Assembly (NCBI GenBank): GCA_021463645.1
Contig: JAJTYI010000009.1
Span: 189,269-253,268, forward strand
Length of the DNA: 64,000 nucleotides
Reading direction: 5' to 3'
DNA from: a bacterium
Lineage (GTDB): Bacteria; Patescibacteriota; Dojkabacteria; B142; OLB20
Part shown: one piece after another, positions 17,193 through 26,281 of the stretch
How positions within the stretch are numbered: the first letter of the stretch is position 1
Layout of the letters: every line of letters begins with the position of its first letter
Translations under genes and position numbers: made by a program
Notes under the pieces: model-generated
The model's database searches: none
Told to the model about the DNA's origin: nothing
Seen by the model: the letters and a program-made list of their open reading frames with translations, nothing else

Positions 17193-18878
17193 ATGACATC
17201 TGGAGAAAACCCGATAACGAAAATTGAGAGAATGAGTACGGTAGAAATAACACGTCCTACTGCAGGAATTGTTCTTCAGAACGTTGAAGATATTTTTTTA
17301 GGAGAGAACAGTTATTACACTGACGGAATTGAAGCATTAACACCTTTACTTCATGCTCAAGCCGAATTCTTATGCGATAGATTTAATAATTCTCAGAATC
17401 AAGCTCAAGTTACGGCAAGAGAAATATTAAGAGGACGAAGATGGGAGGCTTGGGATGTTGATTATGGTCGTCGACAACATGTTGGCATATCTACAGTTGT
17501 TGCTCCTGGAATGTTTGTATCAGTTTTTGGGCAACATCCACTTAAAAAAATATACTCAAGTGGACCTTTGGCTTATGTTGATGTGGGTGAAGGACAGAAT
17601 GATGTGTTTATCGACGCTCTTACCAACGCTACGGTAAACAACACTGGATCACATCCATTGAATGCTTTGGCTGCAAGTACAGCCAATATGCTTACAGGTG
17701 GTACATATTGTCTTGCCTATCATGATGGACCTCTTGTAGAACAAGCAAGTAGGGCAATGTTAGGATTACACCCAATGTATGAAGGTCAAGGAAAAGTTTG
17801 GTGGGGGAATGATGGTGGATCTGCATCTGCTTTTGCAGTACATTTAGCCGAAAAAGCAGTATCCGCTGAAAAAGGTGAAAATCCAAATCGATTAGTAGTC
17901 GCATTCAAAGAAGCATATCATGGTAATGTACAAAACAAGGGAGGTGATTTAACACCTGGAATTGGAAGAACTGGTGGAAATCACATAATTGAATATCCTG
18001 ATCTATCAGTTGAAGTTGAGACAGCAATTTCTGAGTTGCGAACTCTAATTGAAGATGACAGAGTGAGTACTATAATTTTGGAAGCAACTCAGGGTGATGG
18101 AGGAGGGATTCAAATGCATCCGGATTTCTTTGTTCAAATGATGAAACTTTCAATGGACTATAATGTCCCTTTAATATTTGACGAAATACAATCGGGGTTT
18201 GGACGATCAGGAAAAATTTTCAATTACGAATATTTACTTGAAGAATATCAAGCAAGCGAACTGGTAAAATCCGGACAATACCCTGTAAATCCTGATAACA
18301 TAATTACCATCGTGGGGAAGAGCATGACCGATGGATGTTCACAAGGTTCTGCCGTAATTTTTAATGATAGATACACACAGTTTAATGGTAGAGCAGAAGG
18401 AGTAGCTACTTTCGCTGCATTTCCAGGTACTTTAGCTGCATCAATAGCAACAATTAATACAGTAAAAAATCCTGCATATCTAGATATGGCAAGAAACAAT
18501 CGAGCAATATTCGAAGACGCATTGGCTATGTATGTAGAGGAAGAGGGAATAATAAGGAGAACAAGAGGAAATGGATCACATCTCTTCGTTGAGATAGGAG
18601 GAGAACCACTTTTATATAGGAATGGAGTACCTGTAGGGAATCATGAAGTTGCACAAGTATTTCTCGCCGAGAGATTTAGAATTCTTACCGGGACAGTTTC
18701 ACGGCATGGACTTCGAATACATTTACCTATTAATGCAGATCCTGTTGTTTATCATGCAGTTGCTATGGCAGTCGGCGAAGTTGGAGTGTTAATGAGTCAA
18801 GGTAATATTGGTACTCTTGCTCCAATTTTATTGAAAGAAGTATCTGGTTTAGCAGGTAGAACTGTTCAAGAAATTTAA
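17193..18878 (+). CDS. Class III (PLP-dependent) aminotransferase with an N-terminal extension of about 100 aa
   Basis: 'ILEATQGDGGGIQMHPDFFVQMMKLSMDYNVPLIFDEIQSGFGRSGKIF' matches the EPIQGEGG...DEVQTGFGRTG motif. PLP-lysine context 'IVGKSMTDG'. 'AFKEAYHGN'. Confidence 0.7.
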   Translation: MTSGENPITKIERMSTVEITRPTAGIVLQNVEDIFLGENSYYTDGIEALTPLLHAQAEFLCDRFNNSQNQAQVTAREILRGRRWEAWDVDYGRRQHVGISTVVAPGMFVSVFGQHPLKKIYSSGPLAYVDVGEGQNDVFIDALTNATVNNTGSHPLNALAASTANMLTGGTYCLAYHDGPLVEQASRAMLGLHPMYEGQGKVWWGNDGGSASAFAVHLAEKAVSAEKGENPNRLVVAFKEAYHGNVQNKGGDLTPGIGRTGGNHIIEYPDLSVEVETAISELRTLIEDDRVSTIILEATQGDGGGIQMHPDFFVQMMKLSMDYNVPLIFDEIQSGFGRSGKIFNYEYLLEEYQASELVKSGQYPVNPDNIITIVGKSMTDGCSQGSAVIFNDRYTQFNGRAEGVATFAAFPGTLAASIATINTVKNPAYLDMARNNRAIFEDALAMYVEEEGIIRRTRGNGSHLFVEIGGEPLLYRNGVPVGNHEVAQVFLAERFRILTGTVSRHGLRIHLPINADPVVYHAVAMAVGEVGVLMSQGNIGTLAPILLKEVSGLAGRTVQEI

Positions 18879-18894
18879 TTATTAAAAAATAATC

Positions 18895-20439
18895 ATGTCA
18901 TATGGTGCTGAAATTGAAAAACCAATTATTAATCCGGATGGATCTCCAGGACGTATAGAATCTGACGATTTCTTAGCATTACAAAAACTTACAGCCGTCT
19001 ATAATCCTGAGCTTCATTTCAGTGATATCCATAATGGTATAGTTACCGGTGTCGATTCCGGACTTGGATCACAAGGATTGGACAATGGTAATCTTGTACA
19101 GGAATCAGCTTTGGGTCCAGTTAAGACTCTTCAAAATCTCGAAGAACTCATTCGTCAAGATTTGAACTTAATGCATGGAGTCCTTGGAGATAGAACAATA
19201 GTTGATCTTGCACGTTATCCTGGAGCAAATGGTACGGTTGACTGGGAAATATATAGGAGAAATGTTGCTCCTAAAGGTATCTATCCTGTTCTGTGGGCAC
19301 GGGGATGGGACCATACTGCTGGATTTGAAGGGCAGACACAAAATAGTCCTTCGACAGGAATTGAGGTGAAGGATGCAGCTATGGGAGTTAGTGTAATGTT
19401 CGCAGCAGATGCCGCAATATCTGCTATATTTGGTAATAGCCCTCGCTTTGATTCAAATGGAAAACTAGTTGTGAATACTTCACGAACTGAAATGTGGGAT
19501 AAAATGTTTGGAAATTCCGTAGCCCCGGGAGATAGAAAGATGAGTGTATTTCCTGACAAACCATTTCTTACACTTGCTGACTATTTCCAATGGATGTGGG
19601 GTAAAGGAACCGGAATGTTCTTTGTATTAGGAGAGGGAGACAAAGATGGATATAAAGGAATTGGAAGTTCTGCTGTATTCATAGACGATAACCCTTCAGT
19701 ACTGGATTTCTTGAGTAGAGATGAACAAAATGGCTATTATCCAGCAGATAACATCCCTGCTGGTTTCCCATGGGCAACAATGCCTGATAATTCTATTCAA
19801 GGTAAAGGAAAAGCAAGAGTTACAACAATTAAACCAACCGTGGAAGGTGTACAACATTTACAATTTATGAATTTCGGTCCTGCAAGGTGGAGATTTGCAT
19901 TAAATGCAGGTATTGATCCGAAGGAATTCACTGAGATTTGTAATACTGGTGGAGATTTAGAATCCTTGTTGAAACCACATCTAACTAATTCATATATAGA
20001 GGGAAGAACTCCATGCGCTAATTTTCCGAGTCAACGCCATGCGGAAGTGGATGATGGAGTCAGGAATTCACTAGTTATAAGTCCGTCAGCCCTACAAGCG
20101 GGTTTATTAACTAATCCGGGTCAGAACTTCCATAGGATAATATCTAGGTATTCATGGACAGAAATCACAAGTCTGAGAGAAACTGCAATTGCACGAGGAA
20201 TGGAGGACCCAGAAGTTCAAAGATTTTCAAGATTTGTTTTTAACATTGCTTTAGAAAGATTAAGTTCAAGATTAGGACAAGATGAGGCTCAAAGACTGTT
20301 AAGATATCCTGAGCATGTCATTGATACAGGGATGAATGGCTCATCAAGGGCAGCCGAATATGTTACTAATAAATTAAGAAAACAGAGACTAGGTGATGCT
20401 TTTATTAGTCTCTTAAACGATAGAGCACTACTTATATAA
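18895..20439 (+). CDS. Putative carboxylate-amine ligase, GCS2 (YbdK-like) family, long form
   Basis: N-terminus 'YGAEIEKPIINPDGSPG' parallels the YbdK 'LGIELEMQVVNPPGYD' metal-binding segment. 514 aa. The rest is divergent. Confidence 0.4.
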   Translation: MSYGAEIEKPIINPDGSPGRIESDDFLALQKLTAVYNPELHFSDIHNGIVTGVDSGLGSQGLDNGNLVQESALGPVKTLQNLEELIRQDLNLMHGVLGDRTIVDLARYPGANGTVDWEIYRRNVAPKGIYPVLWARGWDHTAGFEGQTQNSPSTGIEVKDAAMGVSVMFAADAAISAIFGNSPRFDSNGKLVVNTSRTEMWDKMFGNSVAPGDRKMSVFPDKPFLTLADYFQWMWGKGTGMFFVLGEGDKDGYKGIGSSAVFIDDNPSVLDFLSRDEQNGYYPADNIPAGFPWATMPDNSIQGKGKARVTTIKPTVEGVQHLQFMNFGPARWRFALNAGIDPKEFTEICNTGGDLESLLKPHLTNSYIEGRTPCANFPSQRHAEVDDGVRNSLVISPSALQAGLLTNPGQNFHRIISRYSWTEITSLRETAIARGMEDPEVQRFSRFVFNIALERLSSRLGQDEAQRLLRYPEHVIDTGMNGSSRAAEYVTNKLRKQRLGDAFISLLNDRALLI

Positions 20440-20459
20440 TTATTAATTATTAATTTGAA

Positions 20460-21572
20460 ATGATGGTTATAGAATCTGTCGAAGTATTAAAATTAAATCT
20501 CCCTATGAAGACCTCATTCGAAACTAGTTTTGGGAAATTAACAACGAAGTCAACTGTTTTAGTAAAAATCACAAGTGATGGTGTTACTGGATATGGTGAA
20601 GCTGCTTCTTTCCATGCTCCACTATATAATCCTGAAACAGTAGATACGTGCGTATATATTATAAAAAAGTTCATTGCTCCCTCAATTCTGAAAAAAGATT
20701 TTAAATCTCCAGAGGAATTAAGAGCTGCATATGATTATATTGTTGGACATAACATAGCAAAAGCAGGGGTAGAGAATGCTTTTTGGCATTTACTTGCACA
20801 ATCCGGAAACACATCCTTAAAAGAACTTTTTGGAGGAACAAGATCTTCGATTCAAGTTGGTGCTAGTATTGGAATTCAACCAACAATAAAATCTACTCTA
20901 ACAGAGGTTGAAGATTCACTCGAAAAAGGTTACGGAAGAATAAAATTAAAAACAAAACCGGGTTGGGATCTCAAAGTTTTAAAGGAGGTCAGGAAGATAT
21001 GGCCAGATATAGATCTTATGGTCGATGGGAATTCAGCCTATAAGTTGCAAAGAGATTTAAAAACCTTAATGAAATTTGACGAATATAATCTAATGATGAT
21101 TGAACAGCCATTACAAGAAGATGACATAATTGACCATTCGACATTGCAGAAATTAATAAACACACCTATATGTTTAGACGAAAGCATCACATCTGTTGAT
21201 AAAGCCAGAAAAGCAATCTCTATTGGAGCGTGCAAAATAATAAATATAAAACCAGTAAGAGTTGGAGGAGCATTAGAAACAATTGCAATACATGATTTAT
21301 GCATGGAGAATGGGGTAGGAGTGTGGTGTGGAGGTATGTTGGAAACGGGAATCGGTCGAGCTTTTAATATTGCTTTGGCTTCGAAAGAAAATTTTATTTA
21401 TCCTTCGGACATGTCTCCGTATTATGAATTTTACTCCGAAGATCTAATAAGTGATAGTCATAAAGTTTCAAGTGATGGTCAAGTAAAAGTAAGAACAAGT
21501 CCTGGTCTTGGATACAAGATAAATGAAAAGGTAATAAAAAAGCATACGGCTGAAACTTATTTATTAGAATAG
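20460..21572 (+). CDS. Enolase-superfamily enzyme, MR/MLE subgroup (dipeptide epimerase / o-succinylbenzoate synthase / N-acyl-amino-acid racemase-like)
   Basis: KxK 'RIKLKTKPGW', metal ligands 'MVDGNSAY', 'MMIEQP' and 'CLDESI', and the second catalytic Lys in 'IINIKPVRVGG'. Confidence 0.75.
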   Translation: MMVIESVEVLKLNLPMKTSFETSFGKLTTKSTVLVKITSDGVTGYGEAASFHAPLYNPETVDTCVYIIKKFIAPSILKKDFKSPEELRAAYDYIVGHNIAKAGVENAFWHLLAQSGNTSLKELFGGTRSSIQVGASIGIQPTIKSTLTEVEDSLEKGYGRIKLKTKPGWDLKVLKEVRKIWPDIDLMVDGNSAYKLQRDLKTLMKFDEYNLMMIEQPLQEDDIIDHSTLQKLINTPICLDESITSVDKARKAISIGACKIINIKPVRVGGALETIAIHDLCMENGVGVWCGGMLETGIGRAFNIALASKENFIYPSDMSPYYEFYSEDLISDSHKVSSDGQVKVRTSPGLGYKINEKVIKKHTAETYLLE

Positions 21573-21576
21573 AACT

Positions 21577-22749
21577 ATGGCAATCGAACCACAACCTCGA
21601 GGTACTGGGTATGTCACACACGAACATGTAAGTCATTGTGAACACGGTCCAATTATTAATCTAGGATTAGGAACAAGTCCAATAGGTGCTGCGCCGGAAC
21701 TCAGGGCAGCATTATCACGAAGAAATACTATTGAGGATTTAGAAGCATATCCCCGCGATCCTCTACATACAGAAACAAAAGGTTATCTAGTTAATTATCT
21801 AGGAATAGAGGCTAGCACAAGTCAAGTCATATTTGGAGGCAATGGAAGCTATGGAACAGGGGATGAAGTACTAAGATATTTAAGACAAAGTCATGGATGT
21901 GATCGAATCGTTACACTCCCGTACTCCTTCCCTAATGCAACACAATGGGCAATTCGTCATGGTGTCGATTATTCTCCAATTAAAATCGATTCTCTCTCAT
22001 GGGAGAAGGGATTAGAATCAATGTATGAAATTGAAAGCTTTGATGGTGCTGTAGTGTATATAGATTATCCAAATAATCCGAGTGGAAATTCACTGTCCCA
22101 ATTAGTTAGTGGACTTATTCCTTTAATAAACCAAAGGGGAGGTATCCCTTTCATTGACATGGCATTTGCCGAAGTACTAGGTCCAGAATTCAAAGCTGTA
22201 GCGAATACAACAATAAACAACGGAGGAATTATCATCGGATCAGTATCAAAAACCCAAGGACTGCCTGGTCTTAGAGCAGGGTGGATTGTTTTAGCAGAGG
22301 AACATACAAACAATGGATATTCACTAGAACAACAACTGGTCTTTGGAATGAACCGGGAAGCAGAAGAAGTAATGAAGGTATTGTATTCTCCGAGTTTAGG
22401 TACGAATGAAACACTAGCAGATATACATGCTATACGTGTTGCACGGCATAATGTGATAGTAAATTTAGAAATGGAACAAATTGTTAGAGAAATGGGTTTA
22501 TTATTAGTTCCTTCTGATCATAGGACCTCAATCCAAGTAGTATACGATCCTGCAGGTAGGAATCTTTATCAATCATTTAACAGAGCCGGAATAATAGTTG
22601 AATCATTAAATGACTACTCTGAAACGCTTCCAGCAAATCATCAAGGCTATGGTGATAGTGCTGTAAGAATTCTTACTCCTAATTTTTCAATATTAGATGC
22701 GTTTAGAGAAAGAACAAATATTGTTATGAATTATTTGCGGAATTCTTAG
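21577..22749 (+). CDS. Class I/II PLP-dependent aminotransferase (HisC/CobD-like)
   Basis: 'YIDYPNNPSGN' (N-P-T/S-G motif). 'SVSKTQGLPGLRAGW' (SxSK PLP-lysine followed by GLRxG). Confidence 0.65.
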   Translation: MAIEPQPRGTGYVTHEHVSHCEHGPIINLGLGTSPIGAAPELRAALSRRNTIEDLEAYPRDPLHTETKGYLVNYLGIEASTSQVIFGGNGSYGTGDEVLRYLRQSHGCDRIVTLPYSFPNATQWAIRHGVDYSPIKIDSLSWEKGLESMYEIESFDGAVVYIDYPNNPSGNSLSQLVSGLIPLINQRGGIPFIDMAFAEVLGPEFKAVANTTINNGGIIIGSVSKTQGLPGLRAGWIVLAEEHTNNGYSLEQQLVFGMNREAEEVMKVLYSPSLGTNETLADIHAIRVARHNVIVNLEMEQIVREMGLLLVPSDHRTSIQVVYDPAGRNLYQSFNRAGIIVESLNDYSETLPANHQGYGDSAVRILTPNFSILDAFRERTNIVMNYLRNS

Positions 22750-23154
22750 AATCAATTATTACTTTGTTTTAGGTTTAGAACAAGACTAAGAGATTTCTGG
22801 AAAGACCTTTATCCACTTTTTAATAGTTGGATTGGTATATGGATAATATTGTAGGACCTATTCAAAGAGCTTATATCAAGAAAAATGCAAAGAGGGTGAG
22901 AAGTCGTAATATGTCTGCGAATATCTGATATAATTTATCCTTCTGAGCTTTGCTCGAAAGGGTAAACCAGATAAAATCAATGCAATATGGAGAGGTGTCC
23001 CTTCTCCCGACAAATCGGGATCAGGGCAAGCAGAGTGCTAAATGAGCAGTTAGCGAATCCGAACAAAGAAAAGGATGAGCTTATGAGAATTAGTCCCGCT
23101 TTGCGGGAGTCTAATTAGTAAATCGTAACTCATAAATAAATAAAAATTTAATAA

Positions 23155-23239
23155 GGAGAGGTGTCAGAGTGGTCTAATGAGTTGGTCTTGAAAACCAATG
23201 TTCCGCAAGGGACCGCAGGTTCGAATCCTGTCCTCTCCG
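23155..23239 (+). tRNA. tRNA-Ser (anticodon UGA), type II with a long variable arm
   Basis: Acceptor GGAGAGG/CCTCTCC, anticodon stem TTGGT/ACCAA with loop CTTGAAA, long variable arm TGTTCCGCAAGGGACCGC, T-arm GCAGG-TTCGAAT-CCTGT, discriminator G. Confidence 0.8.
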
Positions 23240-23337
23240 AAGTTGTTGGTGAAACGAACGTAGTGAAGTTGAACCTTACAACTTTCGGGAACAGCCTAGC
23301 GTTGATTCGTTAACTAATAAATTTTTTCAACCTTAAA

Positions 23338-23769
23338 ATGAAAATCTCCATCTGTGCCAGCATTCAATTTACTCCGCAAATTAAAGAAATTGCCGATGAA
23401 CTTAAAACTTATAATCATGAGGTTATAATACCTGATGGTACCGAAAGAATTATCAATGGTGAAATCACTTTAGAAGAATTCCTCGGAAACGTTGGCAAAG
23501 GGGAGGGAGCCAAAGCAAAGATTACGCACGATGTAATTAGGGGATATTTTCATAAGATTGAGAATTCAGATGCAATACTAGTCTTGAACTTCACAAAAAA
23601 AGGTATTGATAACTACATTGGAGGTAATACATTCTTGGAAATGGGATTTGCACATGTATTGAATAAAAAGATTTTTCTGTATAACCCGATTCCAGAGATG
23701 CATTACAAAGACGAACTCATTACTTTTCAACCAATCATTCTGAATCAAAATCTATCGAAAGTTAGTTAA
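23338..23769 (+). CDS. Nucleoside 2-deoxyribosyltransferase-like protein (PF05014/DUF4406-like fold)
   Basis: 'MKISICASIQF...' plus 'SDAILVLNFTKKGIDNYIGGNTFLEMGFAHVLNKKIFLY' matches the SD..a.l.g...D.GT.fEiGyA.a.gK pattern. Confidence 0.35.
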   Translation: MKISICASIQFTPQIKEIADELKTYNHEVIIPDGTERIINGEITLEEFLGNVGKGEGAKAKITHDVIRGYFHKIENSDAILVLNFTKKGIDNYIGGNTFLEMGFAHVLNKKIFLYNPIPEMHYKDELITFQPIILNQNLSKVS

Positions 23770-23898
23770 CCAGGATAGTCTTATAATTTACCATCACCAC
23801 AATTTCTGATATCATCTATTAAAATACAAATTAATTAACAAACGATAGGCAATCATAACTCTTCTCATATCAATTAGAACTTTATTAATGAAGCTTCT

Positions 23899-24549
23899 AT
23901 GAAACAGCTTTTAAATACAAAAGCAGTAATATTCGACCGAGATGGAGTAGTTATTAACACCGAGGGACTGGTTTTGGACTCAATTAGATATGCATTTAAA
24001 GAGCTTGGATATTCACTTCAATCAGATGATATTCCTTACATTACTGGAAGAAGTTTCAATGTATATAAATCTTATTTTCAAAACAAGTATGATTTCGATA
24101 TTGATAAATATAGAAAAATCCAAAATGATTATTTCTACGAACATCTTGATGAAGCAGAATATTTTGAACACACCCTTGAACTAATCAAAACTCTACATAA
24201 CAAAAAAATACCAATAGCGATAACGACTTCTGCTGGGAGAGATGGTACAATGCTCATGCTAAATAAGGTCGGAATAGGAGATGTTTTTAATGTTATAGTT
24301 ACTCAGGAGGATTGTAATAGTTTAAAGCCTGACCCCGAACCATATGCCCTAACAGCGAAAAATTTAGGAATAGAACCTAAGTATTGTGTTGCGATAGAAG
24401 ATACTGCACTAGGGGTCGAATCTGCAAAAAAAGCAGGGATGATTTGTATTGCTATTCCAAATGAACACACGAATCATCAAGATTTCTCATTAGCTGATGT
24501 TGTTGTGAAGTCGGGCAAAGAAGTTTATAAATTATTAAAGTTTGAATAA
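23899..24549 (+). CDS. HAD-superfamily hydrolase (subfamily IA, beta-phosphoglucomutase-like phosphatase)
   Basis: Motif I 'VIFDRDGVVINTE', motif II 'ITTSAGR', motif IV 'AIEDTALGVESAKKAGM'. Confidence 0.75.
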   Translation: MKQLLNTKAVIFDRDGVVINTEGLVLDSIRYAFKELGYSLQSDDIPYITGRSFNVYKSYFQNKYDFDIDKYRKIQNDYFYEHLDEAEYFEHTLELIKTLHNKKIPIAITTSAGRDGTMLMLNKVGIGDVFNVIVTQEDCNSLKPDPEPYALTAKNLGIEPKYCVAIEDTALGVESAKKAGMICIAIPNEHTNHQDFSLADVVVKSGKEVYKLLKFE

Positions 24550-24558
24550 ATTATTATC

Positions 24559-24810
24559 ATGTCAGGAATCCCATTTGGAATCTTGCCACAACATTACGGT
24601 GTCATTATGAATGGAGAAGGAGACGATACGTTTGTAGAGGCTCTTAGAGATTTTTATGCAGATAATCCAAATGCTATTGAGTTTATAGATAAAAACTATC
24701 AAAGAGGTGACTACATGAAAACTCACCAAGACTTATTAAAGAGAAGATCAAGAAGAGGTCAGGGTGGATTGAAAGAAGCATTACTTGGGAAACTAAATGA
24801 TCTTACTTAA
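24559..24810 (+). CDS. Hypothetical protein
   Basis: 83-aa ORF, 10 nt after the HAD gene. No recognisable domain. Confidence 0.35.
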   Translation: MSGIPFGILPQHYGVIMNGEGDDTFVEALRDFYADNPNAIEFIDKNYQRGDYMKTHQDLLKRRSRRGQGGLKEALLGKLNDLT

Positions 24811-24869
24811 ATTCCTTCATAGAATATACTTTATTACTAATTTTGATGGTATTAAGTTAAAATATCATC

Positions 24870-25154
24870 ATGAAAAAGGCAATTCGCACTATTTTTGCAA
24901 TCATTCTAGTTTTCTCTTGTTATCACCTAATAAGAGATGTTGTTCAAATATTGGAATTAAATAACGATCTTACTGAAATCTTTCACAGAACCCACCAATG
25001 GTGTGGTCAATATTGTAACTATGTAACACTTCCCCTAGAAATAATCGGCTTGATTGGAGCCACAATAGTTCTTAAGAGAAATAAGATAGGGATAATTGGT
25101 ATCATTACTTTGTTGTCATTACTACTTTGGCCTATTTTTCAATTTTTACCATGA
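24870..25154 (+). CDS. Small membrane protein (2 predicted TM helices)
   Basis: 94 aa. Hydrophobic segments 'FAIILVFSCYHLI' and 'IIGLIGATIVL...IIGIITLLSLLLWPIF'. Confidence 0.35.
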   Translation: MKKAIRTIFAIILVFSCYHLIRDVVQILELNNDLTEIFHRTHQWCGQYCNYVTLPLEIIGLIGATIVLKRNKIGIIGIITLLSLLLWPIFQFLP

Positions 25155-25564
25155 ATATCTATAAAAAATTAAAAGAACTAGATTTGCCAATAGGACAATA
25201 TGTGGTGGTCGGTGGAGCTATGGAAGCTCATGGGATTCGTAAATCAAACGACCTTGATATCTTGGTAACACCCAAACTATATCAACAACTTCTTGATTCA
25301 GGATACGAACAATGTAGATGCGAGGAATGTCTTCGTACAAGTAGATTGATGCTAAATAAGGATAATGTGGATATTCTTCCGAACTTTATGTTTGGAAACT
25401 ATATTGGAGATACAAGATATTTGATAGAAAGTGCAGACTTAATAAAAGGTTTCCCATTTATAAAACTTGAGGAATTTATAAAATTCAAAAGAGAATTAGG
25501 AAGAGAGAAGGATTTTGAGGATATAAAATTGATGCAACATTATTTGAAGAATAATCCAAATTAA
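25151..25564 (+). CDS. Minimal nucleotidyltransferase, Lnu/ANT(2'')-like
   Basis: 'VVVGGAMEAHGIRKSNDLDILV' resembles Lnu(A) 'LDGGWGVDVLTGKQQREHRDIDIDF'. Start placed at the ATG that overlaps the upstream TGA (ATGA) rather than the in-frame TTG at 25127. Confidence 0.5.
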   Translation: MNIYKKLKELDLPIGQYVVVGGAMEAHGIRKSNDLDILVTPKLYQQLLDSGYEQCRCEECLRTSRLMLNKDNVDILPNFMFGNYIGDTRYLIESADLIKGFPFIKLEEFIKFKRELGREKDFEDIKLMQHYLKNNPN

Positions 25565-26244
25565 TCATATGGGTTATATATAGTTACAAAGTCTAATCCT
25601 TCAAAATCATTAGTGGAAGCTATTACACAATATCCCTCGTTTCTCCGCTTATTTGTTCGGCCTAACTGATCCACTATGTTCATAGATCTAGTAGTTGAAA
25701 TTGACGGAATAATTTTATAAATACTCTCTCGGTAAAATTCCAATCCTCGGGGATAAGACTCTCCCAATTCCTTTTCATCAGAAGGTGGTTTCCCAAACAT
25801 TCCCAAATTCACATTTATTGGATTTAATTCTTTCAAGGAATTAACAAAATCCTCAAATGCTACTCTAGTGAATCCTTCTACTTCATTATATAGGGCAACC
25901 TTAATTTGATTCGCGAATTTTGCATCCCTAATAATGGCAACCATTGCAACGACTCCATCTGGTACAGGGACTATAACCATTCCATTTCCAACTGTCAGAT
26001 GTTCAATATCAGCCCCCACTACAACTGCATTTTCAATTCCAGGAACCTTTCTAATCGCATCAACGATTGTGGGTGTATGAAGTTGTGTTACCTCTTTTAA
26101 TTTGTTAACCACTCGGCTTGTCAAAGGCGGACGCCCCTTACTTTCCCACGATGTTATAGTCCCAACATTTTCAGTTTTGATTCCAAGGTTTGTTCTATCC
26201 CCATCTATAATTGTAAGTCCCGAATTTAATTCCATCATAAGCAA
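25561..26244 (-). CDS. Hypothetical protein (last gene of the FemAB-led operon)
   Basis: 227 aa, no TM segment. Gly/Val-rich core 'AVVVGADIEHLTVGNGMVIVPVPDGVVAMVAII'. No confident family assignment. Confidence 0.5.
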   Translation of the reverse strand: MLMMELNSGLTIIDGDRTNLGIKTENVGTITSWESKGRPPLTSRVVNKLKEVTQLHTPTIVDAIRKVPGIENAVVVGADIEHLTVGNGMVIVPVPDGVVAMVAIIRDAKFANQIKVALYNEVEGFTRVAFEDFVNSLKELNPINVNLGMFGKPPSDEKELGESYPRGLEFYRESIYKIIPSISTTRSMNIVDQLGRTNKRRNEGYCVIASTNDFEGLDFVTIYNPYD

Positions 26245-26281
26245 CTAAAATTGATTTCTATTGAATTATCCATTTGACTAA

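Noticed and set aside
17193-22749. Horizontal-transfer island call for the four-gene metabolic cluster based on composition
   Set aside because: Hand-counted GC of sampled stretches (about 35-39%) is within the range of flanking housekeeping genes. No flanking repeats, tRNA or integrase.
22989-23154. SRP RNA (4.5S) or RNase P RNA in the long spacer before tRNA-Ser
   Set aside because: There is partial resemblance (UCUCCCG, UCAGG...AGCAG), but the helix-8 GGAA tetraloop with its short UCC/GGA stem is absent. No RNase P 'GGAAAGUCCGG' or 'ACAGAAACCCGGCUUA' elements.
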